The notes below the pieces were generated by a model that did not search any database, was not told the origin of the DNA, and was given only the letters and a program-made list of their open reading frames with translations. The position numbers and the translations under genes were made by a program. From a virus (taxonomy: Duplodnaviria > Caudoviricetes), in the IMG/VR virus record IMGVR_UViG_3300032081_000734, positions 1-61,575 of that record: DNA of 61,575 nt; one strand, given 5' to 3'. How positions within the stretch are numbered: the first letter of the stretch is position 1; every line of letters starts with the position of its first letter. Shown piece by piece: positions 17,727 to 27,162 of the stretch.

Positions 17727-18377
17727 TTATAAACTTGATAGAAAATTTTGAAATAAGTTAATTTTATTTTCTTCTAATTTTTTCTGATCTACCAAAGTAT
17801 TAATTTGCTTGTAGGTTCTTTCTGCAAGTTTTTCGCGGAGAATTCCTCCGTCCCAAACCCAATCTTTACCTTCCATAATACCGTCAACAAAAGCATCAGG
17901 TGCGGAAGGATCTGCTACAATATCAGCAGCAGTTGCTAAAGCAAAGTCATCATTAACTAAACTATATCCTTCTTTAGTGGGAGAAAGGGTTCCAATTCCT
18001 CTAGAAGAAACTCCAAGTTTGACACCATCATTTAGAAGAGATTCGGCAATTTTACCCATTGGGGTAGAAAGAATTTTTGCCTTACCTATAAAATTATTTC
18101 CTTCTCTTTGAAGAGAAACAATCTTATGGGAAACTCGATCAAGATTGATGGAAGGGCCATCAGGATGCCCCAATTCCCCAAGAGCTCTGCCTTTAGATAC
18201 AAAGTTTTCGTTGTATCGTCCTACTTCTCTTTCTAGAAGAGAACAGTCATACATCCTCTTGTTTCTATTGGGCATATTACCCTGAAGGAAAACTCCTTCA
18301 ATATACAGATTCTTTTTACCGTTGCGTTGCTCAACGATAATTTCAACCTGTTCGATCTCTTCTCTAATAAGTTTCAT
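17727..18377 (-). CDS. gp21: Prohead protease
   Basis: YIEGVFLQ, ALGELGHP, GVSSRG, DIVADPSAPDAFV. Confidence 0.96.
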   Translation of the reverse strand: MKLIREEIEQVEIIVEQRNGKKNLYIEGVFLQGNMPNRNKRMYDCSLLEREVGRYNENFVSKGRALGELGHPDGPSINLDRVSHKIVSLQREGNNFIGKAKILSTPMGKIAESLLNDGVKLGVSSRGIGTLSPTKEGYSLVNDDFALATAADIVADPSAPDAFVDGIMEGKDWVWDGGILREKLAERTYKQINTLVDQKKLEENKINLFQNFLSSL

Positions 18378-18381
18378 TTGT

Positions 18382-18648
18382 TTATGCGGTGAATCCTACT
18401 TTAGTTCCTTTTACATCAGCAGATCCAGCTAGGATCAAATCCTTATGCTTTTTCTCGACATATTCTACAGTTCCAGTTGGCATAGTCATAGAACCAATAC
18501 CTTGAAAATTTTCATCAAGAATGGTGATTAACTGAGCACCTGCATTACTGTTGTAAAGGCGAACAACAGTTGCTGAACTGAAACTCGATGCTGCTCCAAC
18601 ACTAGTTGGGCAATTTGTTTGTGGTCCTAAGACAAGGGATCTTGCCAT
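18382..18648 (-). CDS. Hypothetical head-cluster protein
   Basis: 88-aa ORF between gp20 and gp21. Confidence 0.7.
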   Translation of the reverse strand: MARSLVLGPQTNCPTSVGAASSFSSATVVRLYNSNAGAQLITILDENFQGIGSMTMPTGTVEYVEKKHKDLILAGSADVKGTKVGFTA

Positions 18649-18839
18649 TATTCTTCTCCAGTTTCTGTTGTTGCGTCAAACTCAACTTCTTCTTCTCCTT
18701 TACCAAACAAAGATGCTGCGGCTAAAGGACGAAGAGAATCAATTTTCTCTGCGGATTTGCCGTAAAGAGCATCTTTAATTTCATCACTAATTTGTGACGC
18801 GCTTGCACCACTAGCAATTAAATCGACAATATTGTCCAT
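18648..18839 (-). CDS. Small acidic protein, positional gp67-like prohead core
   Basis: 63 aa, immediately after gp20, with its own late promoter. Confidence 0.65.
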   Translation of the reverse strand: MDNIVDLIASGASASQISDEIKDALYGKSAEKIDSLRPLAAASLFGKGEEEVEFDATTETGEE

Positions 18840-18864
18840 GAATTATAAAATAAGAACTTAAATC

Positions 18865-18872
18865 TATTTATA
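18865..18872 (-). promoter_or_regulatory. T4-type late promoter TATAAATA
   Basis: Exact match overlapping the gp20 stop. Confidence 0.8.
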
Positions 18873-20535
18873 TCTCAGCAGCTCGACCATCAGCCTCAGT
18901 GTATCCACCGTCGGCTTCATCATCCATAGGAATCTCACCCATCCCACCAGTGGCGTCTTGTGGAATTGGATTTCCCATTTCATCTACAGGTGCATTTGGA
19001 TCAGGCAAAATTCCACTAAGAATTTCTTTTTCAATTTGTTGATCAATTTCAATAATTTCTTCATCGGTTTGATGGAGAACTTTTCTACGAAGATATTCAA
19101 CAGAATAGTATTTTCCAAGATATGGTTCTGCTAGTTGAGCGGCACTCAATCTACCTTCCAATAATTCTTTTTCTTTAAGTTCTGCAAAATGATTATCGTA
19201 GATAAAATCAAATTGAATATGCTCTTCAAGTGTCACCCAATCTTTAGTGGTGCAGATATTCTTTAAAAGACATTGAGTCTTTAGCATATCAATAAACATA
19301 TTACTGAAACGCTTTCTTAGACGGCCAACAAACTTAGAGAATTTGAGTTCATCTCTCAAAATTTCACTGGATCGACCAAGATTAAATCCACCCTCAGCAC
19401 CAATTCTGGATTCAGGTACACTTAATGATCTGTATAGTTTCTTTTGGAAATAAGCAACATCACTGAGTTCTCCAAGATTTTGACCACCAGGAAGTGTGGT
19501 AATTTCTGTACCACGACCACCCTCACGTCTAGGAAGCCAGAAATCTTCAAGCATACTCATATGCTTACGATCATCACGAACTTCTCCAGTCGATGCATCA
19601 TAAACCAACTTATTACGATATCGGTTCATTACATCTTTTAGATATTGTTCCGCTTTTATTTTGGGAAGATTGCCAACATCAATGTAGAAAATTCTACGCT
19701 CTGGGGCTCTAGATAATCTATAGATTACCAGAGAATCTTCAATCATTCTAAGTTGATTGAGAGACTTGATTGCTTTGTGTAGATATGAAAGAACTACTCC
19801 CTTATTTCTATCTACAAGACCAGACGTGCAATATGTGATTGAATCTTTAGAAAATTTAATTCCCTTTGTTCCAGAATATCTATCACCCATTCCACCAGCA
19901 TAAGTTGGTCTTGGCATATACATGAAGTATTCTTCAATTTCAGGAAACTGAACTACTTCCTTTTGTTGAGCTCCATTTGGTTGTCTGAAGATAGCATTAC
20001 CATTATTTTGATCTTGCTTAGATTTTTTCTCTTCACGAACATACCTCATTTTAAGAGGATCAATATATCTTAGTTCTTGAATACCTTCTTCAGGTTTTTT
20101 GATATCGATTACTTTATGATAGTAAACTCTTCCATCAACATACCAATTTCTGAAAATTTCATGTGATTTAGCATCAAAGTTCATCAAGTCTTTGATTACT
20201 TTAAATTCTTCCCTAATTCTTTTCTTGATACCGTCACTAGCTGGAAGGTTTTCAAGATTGATAGTGACAGGAGTATCATTAAGATCACTGACAATAGCTT
20301 CATTCACCACATCTTCAATCGCTGTGTCTGCTTCTGGATGAAGCGCCATCTCACGATATCTTTTTACTAATTCAAACTCTGATTTATATACACCTTCTAA
20401 ATCTAAATATTGACCATAAAAGTTACTAGCAATATAATGATCAACCCCATCCTCGTTATTAACGGGGACAGGGGACACTATACTTTTAGATTTTTTTTCG
20501 TTATCTTCAATAGAGAATCCAAAAAGTCTCGCCAT
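18868..20535 (-). CDS. gp20: Portal vertex protein
   Basis: WYVDGR, RAPERRIFYIDVGNLPK, EDFWLPRREGGRGTEI. Confidence 0.98.
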   Translation of the reverse strand: MARLFGFSIEDNEKKSKSIVSPVPVNNEDGVDHYIASNFYGQYLDLEGVYKSEFELVKRYREMALHPEADTAIEDVVNEAIVSDLNDTPVTINLENLPASDGIKKRIREEFKVIKDLMNFDAKSHEIFRNWYVDGRVYYHKVIDIKKPEEGIQELRYIDPLKMRYVREEKKSKQDQNNGNAIFRQPNGAQQKEVVQFPEIEEYFMYMPRPTYAGGMGDRYSGTKGIKFSKDSITYCTSGLVDRNKGVVLSYLHKAIKSLNQLRMIEDSLVIYRLSRAPERRIFYIDVGNLPKIKAEQYLKDVMNRYRNKLVYDASTGEVRDDRKHMSMLEDFWLPRREGGRGTEITTLPGGQNLGELSDVAYFQKKLYRSLSVPESRIGAEGGFNLGRSSEILRDELKFSKFVGRLRKRFSNMFIDMLKTQCLLKNICTTKDWVTLEEHIQFDFIYDNHFAELKEKELLEGRLSAAQLAEPYLGKYYSVEYLRRKVLHQTDEEIIEIDQQIEKEILSGILPDPNAPVDEMGNPIPQDATGGMGEIPMDDEADGGYTEADGRAAEI

Positions 20536-20575
20536 TTTATAAAATTTGCTGTCTTACTAAGATTATTTAGCGATC

Positions 20576-21166
20576 TTAGTTGATGTCTCCAGCACCACCA
20601 CCTGCATTATCTGCAGCTGCTGTCCAGAATAGAACTTGTAGTTCGACAGTAAATTCTTCTAGAGAATCAGATGAATCATATGATAGATCGATCTGAGAAA
20701 TGTTTGTTGGGAAAACATCATGGAACTTGTACTTTCTAAGTACACTTCCATCTCTATCTAGTTGATATACGAAAGCGTCAGCTTGGTAATCAGCAGGATT
20801 GACTGCACCAGTCGCATCAGTGACACGATTGATAGAATTCATCCATCTTTCAAATGCTCCTCTGATTCCGAAATCGGTATCATTGAGAACAGTGATTGTC
20901 CAAGTATCAAAGGTTCTGTCTCCAGCAACCTTAAGTAGACGACCACGGAAAGCAACATCAATAGGAGCAATGTTTGATGCAGGCAGCGCAGCTGCCTTTA
21001 CCATAAATCTTGCTTCATTGACGACATTGTTGCTAACACTCAAATTTCCAGGAAATGCGAGTACAACTTCAAATAAATTGGGTCGGGCCCCGCCGCCCTG
21101 CAATTTATTCTTGAAATCGGAAATAGTCCTTAAAGCGGGAGGATTTTGTTGATTTTTTGATGCCAT
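20576..21166 (-). CDS. gp19: Tail tube protein
   Basis: GARPNLFEV, AGDRTFDTWTITV, FPTNIS. Confidence 0.96.
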   Translation of the reverse strand: MASKNQQNPPALRTISDFKNKLQGGGARPNLFEVVLAFPGNLSVSNNVVNEARFMVKAAALPASNIAPIDVAFRGRLLKVAGDRTFDTWTITVLNDTDFGIRGAFERWMNSINRVTDATGAVNPADYQADAFVYQLDRDGSVLRKYKFHDVFPTNISQIDLSYDSSDSLEEFTVELQVLFWTAAADNAGGGAGDIN

Positions 21167-21184
21167 TTTGGTTTAGACCCCTAA

Positions 21185-23593
21185 TTAAACGTTTCCGATG
21201 ACTTCATCAAATGACACACCAGTTCGTGTTGCCACGAAGGTGAGTCCAACGAAGTTGATTGAGCGTGCTGGTTTGACGAATATATCAGCAACGAATTCAT
21301 TACGATCAATTACAGCAGGAGTGTTGTTGCTTTCGTCACATACAACAACAAAATCTTGAAGTCCACGATTAGATTGAACTTCTCTTAGGAAAGGCTCAAC
21401 AGAGTTAACAAAGTTAGTTCTGGTGATCTCATCGTTGAATTCAAAGAGTTGATCTCTTGCTACAGCGGCGATTGCTTTTTCTAGGAAGATAAACAATCTA
21501 CGAACGTTGATTCTATCGAAAGCAGAAGCTTTCGCGAATCCAGTTTTATCACCGAACAGAACAATACCAGAACCAGGAATAAAGGTTACAGGGTTGATTC
21601 TATTACTGTAGAGACGATCTCTCTGGGACTTACCTGGGTTGTAAGGAAGTTTGACAGCGTTTAGGATAGCTCCTCTATCTGTTCCTGCGGGTGAGAACCA
21701 AGGGAAATCATTGATATCAGTTCTTGCACAAGTTCCAGCAGTATCTCCATTTAGTGGGACATAGCGGAACTTATCAGAGAACCTATCATACATATACTTA
21801 TAACCACTATCAAAGACTGCGAATGAAGATGAAGTGAGTGGTGTGAAGTGACCAATTACGTTATTGGTAATTGTTTCAATAGGTCTTACAACTGCTTCAG
21901 TATCACTATCATTAAAGATAGCAGCTCTATGTGGTGATAGGAATGCAACAGCATCCTTTCTCTTCTCTGCAACTTCGATGACTTTTAGACCAATTGCCTG
22001 AGTTTCTTCTTTGGTGTAGTTTCCAGATCCTTGAAGGATGAAGTCTACAGTGTACTCATCAGGGTTGTTTAGGATTTCATATCCATTAGCAATCTCTGAA
22101 ATATCTGCTGCAAGTGAAGTTGTGGTTGTTAGACCAGTTGCTCCATTGTAGTTTAGACCGCCTGCCAAAGCAGCAGTGGTGTTACCAAATCCTGCGAAAG
22201 AAACTCCAGATGTTGCTTGATCCCATGCAATATTTGTTACTGCAGTGAATCCATTTCCAGTTGCAAGTTTAAAGTCACTTGCTACAGCTCCTGCAGGTTG
22301 TCCACCAGCGAAGAAGTAACCAGAACCACTAGCAACATATGATCTGTAGTAAGATGATGATCCATTTTCAAACTGGGCATCACTTGCTTTAGACAAGTTT
22401 AGATGCTTCTCAAGAATAGTTCCAGGATTACCTGTTTGTGATCCATCGTCATCGATGACAACTAGATGAACTTCATCAAATCTACTATTTCTATTTCCAG
22501 CATACTCTGAAGTTCCTGGGCGATCAGAAAGTTGATTCCAGAAAAGTTCTCCACCAGTATAACTAATTTTTTGTTGATCGAACCAATCAGCCGCTGAGTT
22601 AGTTCTGATAGAACGTGCGAATGTTACTCCAGTACCAACAGGAAGAGTTCCACTAGCAGGGCCAGCAACAGATGTACTGAATCCAGCGAAAGAACTAATT
22701 GTTACAGCAGTTGTTCCAACTCCAGTAACTGTTAGGCCATATCCAAGGTGAGGAACGGAAAGAACATCACTTACAACAACATCAGTTACTGCACCAACAG
22801 GAATAGAAGTAACTCCAGTGGAAAGACCGACTGATGCAAGAGTTGTTGATAGTTCGTTACCACCAGTTACACCTTCACCAGAAGAGTTGATGATTCTTAC
22901 ATCACCAGTGAATCTATAAATTCCATTCTCTTGATAATCAACTTGAGTTGTTACTCCAGCAGCACTTTCATGTTGAACAAATTTGACATCAATAAAGTCT
23001 GCGCCAACTTTAGTTACAATTCCTTTAAATGCACCATCTAGTGTAGAGGTTGCTCCAATACCAGGAACAACGGTTCCTTCGGGAACAACTTGACTTACAC
23101 CCATACCAACTGTAATACCAGTTAGTGCGAGTCCAGTAAGTCTTTGGTCAGCTGCTGAGTCGATGATTGCAACTTTTAAACCGTTACCCCATGATCCAGG
23201 GTTTCTGGAGACAAAAGTGACGTTAGGAATAACGTTATCTTCGTAACCTAAATCATTATAATGCTCTAAACTTTTAATTTTTGGTGCATCTCCAGATCCG
23301 TAGAATGCGTTCTTCATTTCAGAATCATCTACTCTGATGACTCTTAGTGATCCGCCATATGCGAGGAACGAAGATGCGACCATCCAGTTCTCATAATGCC
23401 TGTCAGCATCATATGATTTGCCAAAGTTAGCTAGCAAATCGGATTCATTCTGGATTAGAGTGGGAACTTCTACTGGTCCTTGTGCAAAAGGAGCTGCAAT
23501 AGCAGCAACTTTATCAGATACGGGATCTACTCTTCCTAAAGTAAGATCTACCTCTCTTACAACAATACCAGGAGATGCTAAATTTAGCGCCAT
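21185..23593 (-). CDS. gp18: Tail sheath protein
   Basis: SPGIVVREVDLT, PWFSPAG, FDRINVRRLF, KPARSINF. Confidence 0.97.
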   Translation of the reverse strand: MALNLASPGIVVREVDLTLGRVDPVSDKVAAIAAPFAQGPVEVPTLIQNESDLLANFGKSYDADRHYENWMVASSFLAYGGSLRVIRVDDSEMKNAFYGSGDAPKIKSLEHYNDLGYEDNVIPNVTFVSRNPGSWGNGLKVAIIDSAADQRLTGLALTGITVGMGVSQVVPEGTVVPGIGATSTLDGAFKGIVTKVGADFIDVKFVQHESAAGVTTQVDYQENGIYRFTGDVRIINSSGEGVTGGNELSTTLASVGLSTGVTSIPVGAVTDVVVSDVLSVPHLGYGLTVTGVGTTAVTISSFAGFSTSVAGPASGTLPVGTGVTFARSIRTNSAADWFDQQKISYTGGELFWNQLSDRPGTSEYAGNRNSRFDEVHLVVIDDDGSQTGNPGTILEKHLNLSKASDAQFENGSSSYYRSYVASGSGYFFAGGQPAGAVASDFKLATGNGFTAVTNIAWDQATSGVSFAGFGNTTAALAGGLNYNGATGLTTTTSLAADISEIANGYEILNNPDEYTVDFILQGSGNYTKEETQAIGLKVIEVAEKRKDAVAFLSPHRAAIFNDSDTEAVVRPIETITNNVIGHFTPLTSSSFAVFDSGYKYMYDRFSDKFRYVPLNGDTAGTCARTDINDFPWFSPAGTDRGAILNAVKLPYNPGKSQRDRLYSNRINPVTFIPGSGIVLFGDKTGFAKASAFDRINVRRLFIFLEKAIAAVARDQLFEFNDEITRTNFVNSVEPFLREVQSNRGLQDFVVVCDESNNTPAVIDRNEFVADIFVKPARSINFVGLTFVATRTGVSFDEVIGNV

Positions 23594-23630
23594 TGATGTC
23601 TCCTTTTGGTGTCCGATATTAATCTAAAGT

Positions 23631-23638
23631 TATTTATT
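23631..23638 (-). promoter_or_regulatory. Late promoter variant AATAAATA
   Basis: One mismatch to TATAAATA, upstream of gp18. Confidence 0.65.
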
Positions 23639-23678
23639 AAAAAGTACCTCTATCATGGGGAAACAATGCATGAACATA

Positions 23679-23906
23679 CTACCAGTCTGGATATTCGTTT
23701 TTGAAGGAAGTATCAATTTTTCTTGAATTCATGACACGTTTGATTGTGCATTCTTTACATTCGTATGAATATGCCGATGGAAAAGATCCTCTATCTTTTC
23801 TAGTAAGATAAAAGTCCGTTAATAAATTTTTTGTTTGACCACAAGATCTGCACTGCCTTTCATTAAAAAGAAGATGTTCTAACTCAAAAGAATCTTCAAT
23901 ATCCAC
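23679..23906 (-). CDS. Zinc-finger hypothetical protein
   Basis: CRSC...FY...CKEC, 75 aa. Confidence 0.7.
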   Translation of the reverse strand: MDIEDSFELEHLLFNERQCRSCGQTKNLLTDFYLTRKDRGSFPSAYSYECKECTIKRVMNSRKIDTSFKNEYPDW

Positions 23907-25552
23907 TATCTATAATCCCACATATAAGATCTATCACCATATTCATCAGCAAACCATCTATCTCCATCATTATCAACTTCACTTACAGTATCTAAACCAT
24001 CAGCAATAAAACCAAACGGAGCCATATCTTGATCGATTTGATTTTTTTGCTCTTCATAAATTCTTTTACGAACATCATTATCAGTCATTTCTTTGAAATA
24101 ATCTTGTGCAACTAACCATGAGAATATAACTAGACACATTGCTAGATCATCATTACATCCCTCTTCAGCCTCAAATGATTGTCTCTTTTGAACAAATGTA
24201 GTTAGTTCGGAAATAATATCATAATCATTTGTTAAAAGTTTATCATCTTCTAATAAAGTTTTTAAATTAGAACATCCTAATTTTTTTACTGCTGATGTCA
24301 TTCTGACACCCAATTGAGATTTTTTACCAGAAAATCCAGATCCAACTACTTGCCCTGCTCTACCTCTCATAGAACACATTAGCAAATTTTCATATTCAAG
24401 ATCAAAATAAAGAATAGATGCAACTTGATCACCAATATCGTTGACTTCAACTAAAACATATGATTGATTATATCCGTCTGCAACTTGTTTGATGATACTT
24501 GGAAATACCATCGGTTTTATTTCATTATTTCTATATTTTGCAACTATCTTATATGGAAATTGTGTTATGTCATATACAATGAAAGCTGAATAGTCACGTT
24601 CTACTCCTCTAGCAACGTCAACAGTAATCATATAATTATGATCTTTTTGAGATGCTTCATAGATATCCAATCCTTTATTTCTTTTGATTGGATCTTCATA
24701 TACTAAGTTTCTAAGTTTAGTGACATCAATCAGAGTATCAACAGATCCAAGGAATTCGCACTCGAACTCAACTTTGAACTGTTGTTCTGAAGTGTTTGCA
24801 ATAGTCTGTTGCTTCCACTTTGCATTTCTTCCAGGAACTTCTGACCAATGTACAGCTGTCGGAACATATTCATTCTTTTGCCTTTCAGCATCATGCCACA
24901 TACGGTAGAAGTGATTCATACCATGTGGTGTTGAAACAATAATTACCTTGGTGTTTTTACCAGACGAGATAGTAGGATAAACAGAGGCAAAGAATTGGTC
25001 AGCAATATGATTTGGGATGAAAGCGAACTCGTCAAGAAAGATGATATTATAGGACCCGCCACGGACAGCAGATGCAGATGTAGATGCGGCGATAATTTTA
25101 GATCCATTCTCCAACTCCAATGATTGTTTGTTCCAAGAAACAATACCCTGTTGCATCCACTTGGGTAAATTTTCATATGCAAGTTGTAATCTTCCAAGAA
25201 GATCTTTCGCAGTAGCTGCTTTGTTTGCTAAGATAGCAATATTAACATTGTCATTAAAGACGGCATAATGAAGCAGATAAGACACGCATGTTGTAGACTT
25301 ACCAGTCTGACGTGGCATCTTACAGATGTTGAATCTATTCTTATGGAAGTTTTTTACAAGTTTCTCTTGGAACTTGTACATCTTAAATGGTACAAGACCC
25401 TCATCTAGAGAAACAATTTTGATATAATTTTTAGCAAAATATACAGGATCTTTTTTACACTTCAAGAATTCTCGAATATCATCTTCAGAAAATTGAATCT
25501 TTGTATTTGCTTTTTTTAGATTTGGATTACCAAGATAAATGCTTTCACTCAT
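23906..25552 (-). CDS. gp17: Terminase large subunit
   Basis: YLGNPNLK, PRQTGKST, IIFLDEFAF, DVARG, DDLAM; ATG at 25552 preferred. Confidence 0.97.
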   Translation of the reverse strand: MSESIYLGNPNLKKANTKIQFSEDDIREFLKCKKDPVYFAKNYIKIVSLDEGLVPFKMYKFQEKLVKNFHKNRFNICKMPRQTGKSTTCVSYLLHYAVFNDNVNIAILANKAATAKDLLGRLQLAYENLPKWMQQGIVSWNKQSLELENGSKIIAASTSASAVRGGSYNIIFLDEFAFIPNHIADQFFASVYPTISSGKNTKVIIVSTPHGMNHFYRMWHDAERQKNEYVPTAVHWSEVPGRNAKWKQQTIANTSEQQFKVEFECEFLGSVDTLIDVTKLRNLVYEDPIKRNKGLDIYEASQKDHNYMITVDVARGVERDYSAFIVYDITQFPYKIVAKYRNNEIKPMVFPSIIKQVADGYNQSYVLVEVNDIGDQVASILYFDLEYENLLMCSMRGRAGQVVGSGFSGKKSQLGVRMTSAVKKLGCSNLKTLLEDDKLLTNDYDIISELTTFVQKRQSFEAEEGCNDDLAMCLVIFSWLVAQDYFKEMTDNDVRKRIYEEQKNQIDQDMAPFGFIADGLDTVSEVDNDGDRWFADEYGDRSYMWDYR

Positions 25553-25558
25553 AATCAA

Positions 25559-26836
25559 TTACCTTTGTTCAATCCAGTTGAGAACTGCCAGTGCCTTTTT
25601 GTTAGTGTTGGGAGAGGCACATGCTAAAGTGTATGTATCACTGATTGTTCCAATACCAGTTCTACCAAGTTGTAGTTGAGCTTTGTCATCAATTTCAGTT
25701 AATGCTGAACTTCCTGCAATAGCAAATCCAGATAGAAGATCAATCCCACCAGTAATTGCAGTGGCACTTACATCATACTGAGCAAATGAATCTGGATTTG
25801 GATGATCTGCAAAATTTTCATCTGTTAAAGTTCCATTTTGAATTAATTTCCAAAAAATATTTGTATTATCATTTGTTGCTGCTTGTAAGGATCTTAGTAA
25901 AAGAACAGCACCTAATTGATCAGATTTTAATCTGACAGTTACGACTGGATAAAATATATTTGCAGATTGTAGTGTAGTGCCAGTAATCGGATTGGATATA
26001 GTTTCAAGAATACCAAGTTTCTCTGGCTCACCTTCTTGAATTAGAGAATTAGAACCCTGATAGATGTAATGAGTTCCAGCAACACCAGTTATATTTTCAA
26101 TCTCAACACGAATGGGTAAGAACGGAGTGGAACACCAAACATTCTCATTAGTATTTGAATTATCAAATGTATGAGACGGAATAGTCTCATTCTTCATTAA
26201 CCATGCAAACTCTACAATACCAGCACCATACCATTCATAGTTGATGGAAATCATCTGCTGTTTTGTTGCATCAGCAGTTACACCAGTATATCCATTACCA
26301 TCAAACTTTTCACCATTCCAATTGTCTCTAGTGACTCTGGTTTCTGTAACAATACCTGTTGTAGTACTACGAATCACATAAGAATAAGTGCCACCATCAT
26401 CCTCAAAGTAAGCACCATTATTTTCATCAAATAATCCAAATCTTCTACGAATACCAACTTGTGGAGTATCAAGACGAATTGCAAATGTAAGAGTTCCACT
26501 TCTACCAGGAATGTATCTCATTACATTCCTGGTTTGTCGAATTACTTTACTTCCAGATGCAGAACCAACCTGCATTGTTACATTACTGGAACTTGCATTA
26601 AAAGTAGCAGTTGCACCGACTCCGACTAATCTTTCATCCCATACATCAGATTCTTTGCCATACTGAAAAGTATTGAAAAATACTGTTTGGTATGGAGCAA
26701 CTTTAAGTCTATTACTATCGGAAAAATTAGGTCTCCAATCTGTCTGGTTTCCCCAATGATCTGCAATATTATATGTCTCAAATAAAGATCTTTCCTGGTT
26801 TAGAAAGTCTTGTGTAGTCTTATTCCACTGTGCCAT
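25559..26836 (-). CDS. Conserved hypothetical beta-rich protein, possibly virion-associated
   Basis: 425-aa ORF in the late operon between gp16 and gp17. Confidence 0.8.
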   Translation of the reverse strand: MAQWNKTTQDFLNQERSLFETYNIADHWGNQTDWRPNFSDSNRLKVAPYQTVFFNTFQYGKESDVWDERLVGVGATATFNASSSNVTMQVGSASGSKVIRQTRNVMRYIPGRSGTLTFAIRLDTPQVGIRRRFGLFDENNGAYFEDDGGTYSYVIRSTTTGIVTETRVTRDNWNGEKFDGNGYTGVTADATKQQMISINYEWYGAGIVEFAWLMKNETIPSHTFDNSNTNENVWCSTPFLPIRVEIENITGVAGTHYIYQGSNSLIQEGEPEKLGILETISNPITGTTLQSANIFYPVVTVRLKSDQLGAVLLLRSLQAATNDNTNIFWKLIQNGTLTDENFADHPNPDSFAQYDVSATAITGGIDLLSGFAIAGSSALTEIDDKAQLQLGRTGIGTISDTYTLACASPNTNKKALAVLNWIEQR

Positions 26837-26838
26837 AA

Positions 26839-27162
26839 TCAGTCAACCCATTCTAGTTTTGAAGGATGATATCTCCTTGCGTTTTTAATATTAAAGTTCT
26901 TTTCTTCTACTGGATAAATGTTATGTACCATTGCACCAGGATATTCACTCTGAAGTTTTTCAGCCAATTCCTGCTTTGATGGTATTCCAGTCTTTGTTAC
27001 CATCTCAATTCTATATATGCTATTCTGCCAAGTTATATCGGCAACATAACTCTCACCAACTTCCTCTTGAGATTGTTGATCTTGAGAGTTGATGTATAGG
27101 TTTCCGTTGAAGTCGCCAGAGATATTGACTGACTCTGACATAAATTGTTTAAAGTTTTTCAT
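26839..27162 (-). CDS. Hypothetical protein with T4 capsid-targeting-like N-terminus
   Basis: ATG at 27162 overlaps the upstream stop; begins MKNFKQFMSE. Confidence 0.75.
   Translation of the reverse strand: MKNFKQFMSESVNISGDFNGNLYINSQDQQSQEEVGESYVADITWQNSIYRIEMVTKTGIPSKQELAEKLQSEYPGAMVHNIYPVEEKNFNIKNARRYHPSKLEWVD

Noticed and set aside
7795-25552. Introns or inteins in gp46, uvsW, gp20 or gp17
   Set aside because: All are uninterrupted, of ordinary length, and lack intein or homing-endonuclease motifs.
25553-25561. The 425-aa ORF is in frame with gp17 across one TAA, suggesting read-through fusion
   Set aside because: TAA is a poor read-through codon, gp17 has a normal N-terminus, and in-frame adjacency is common by chance.
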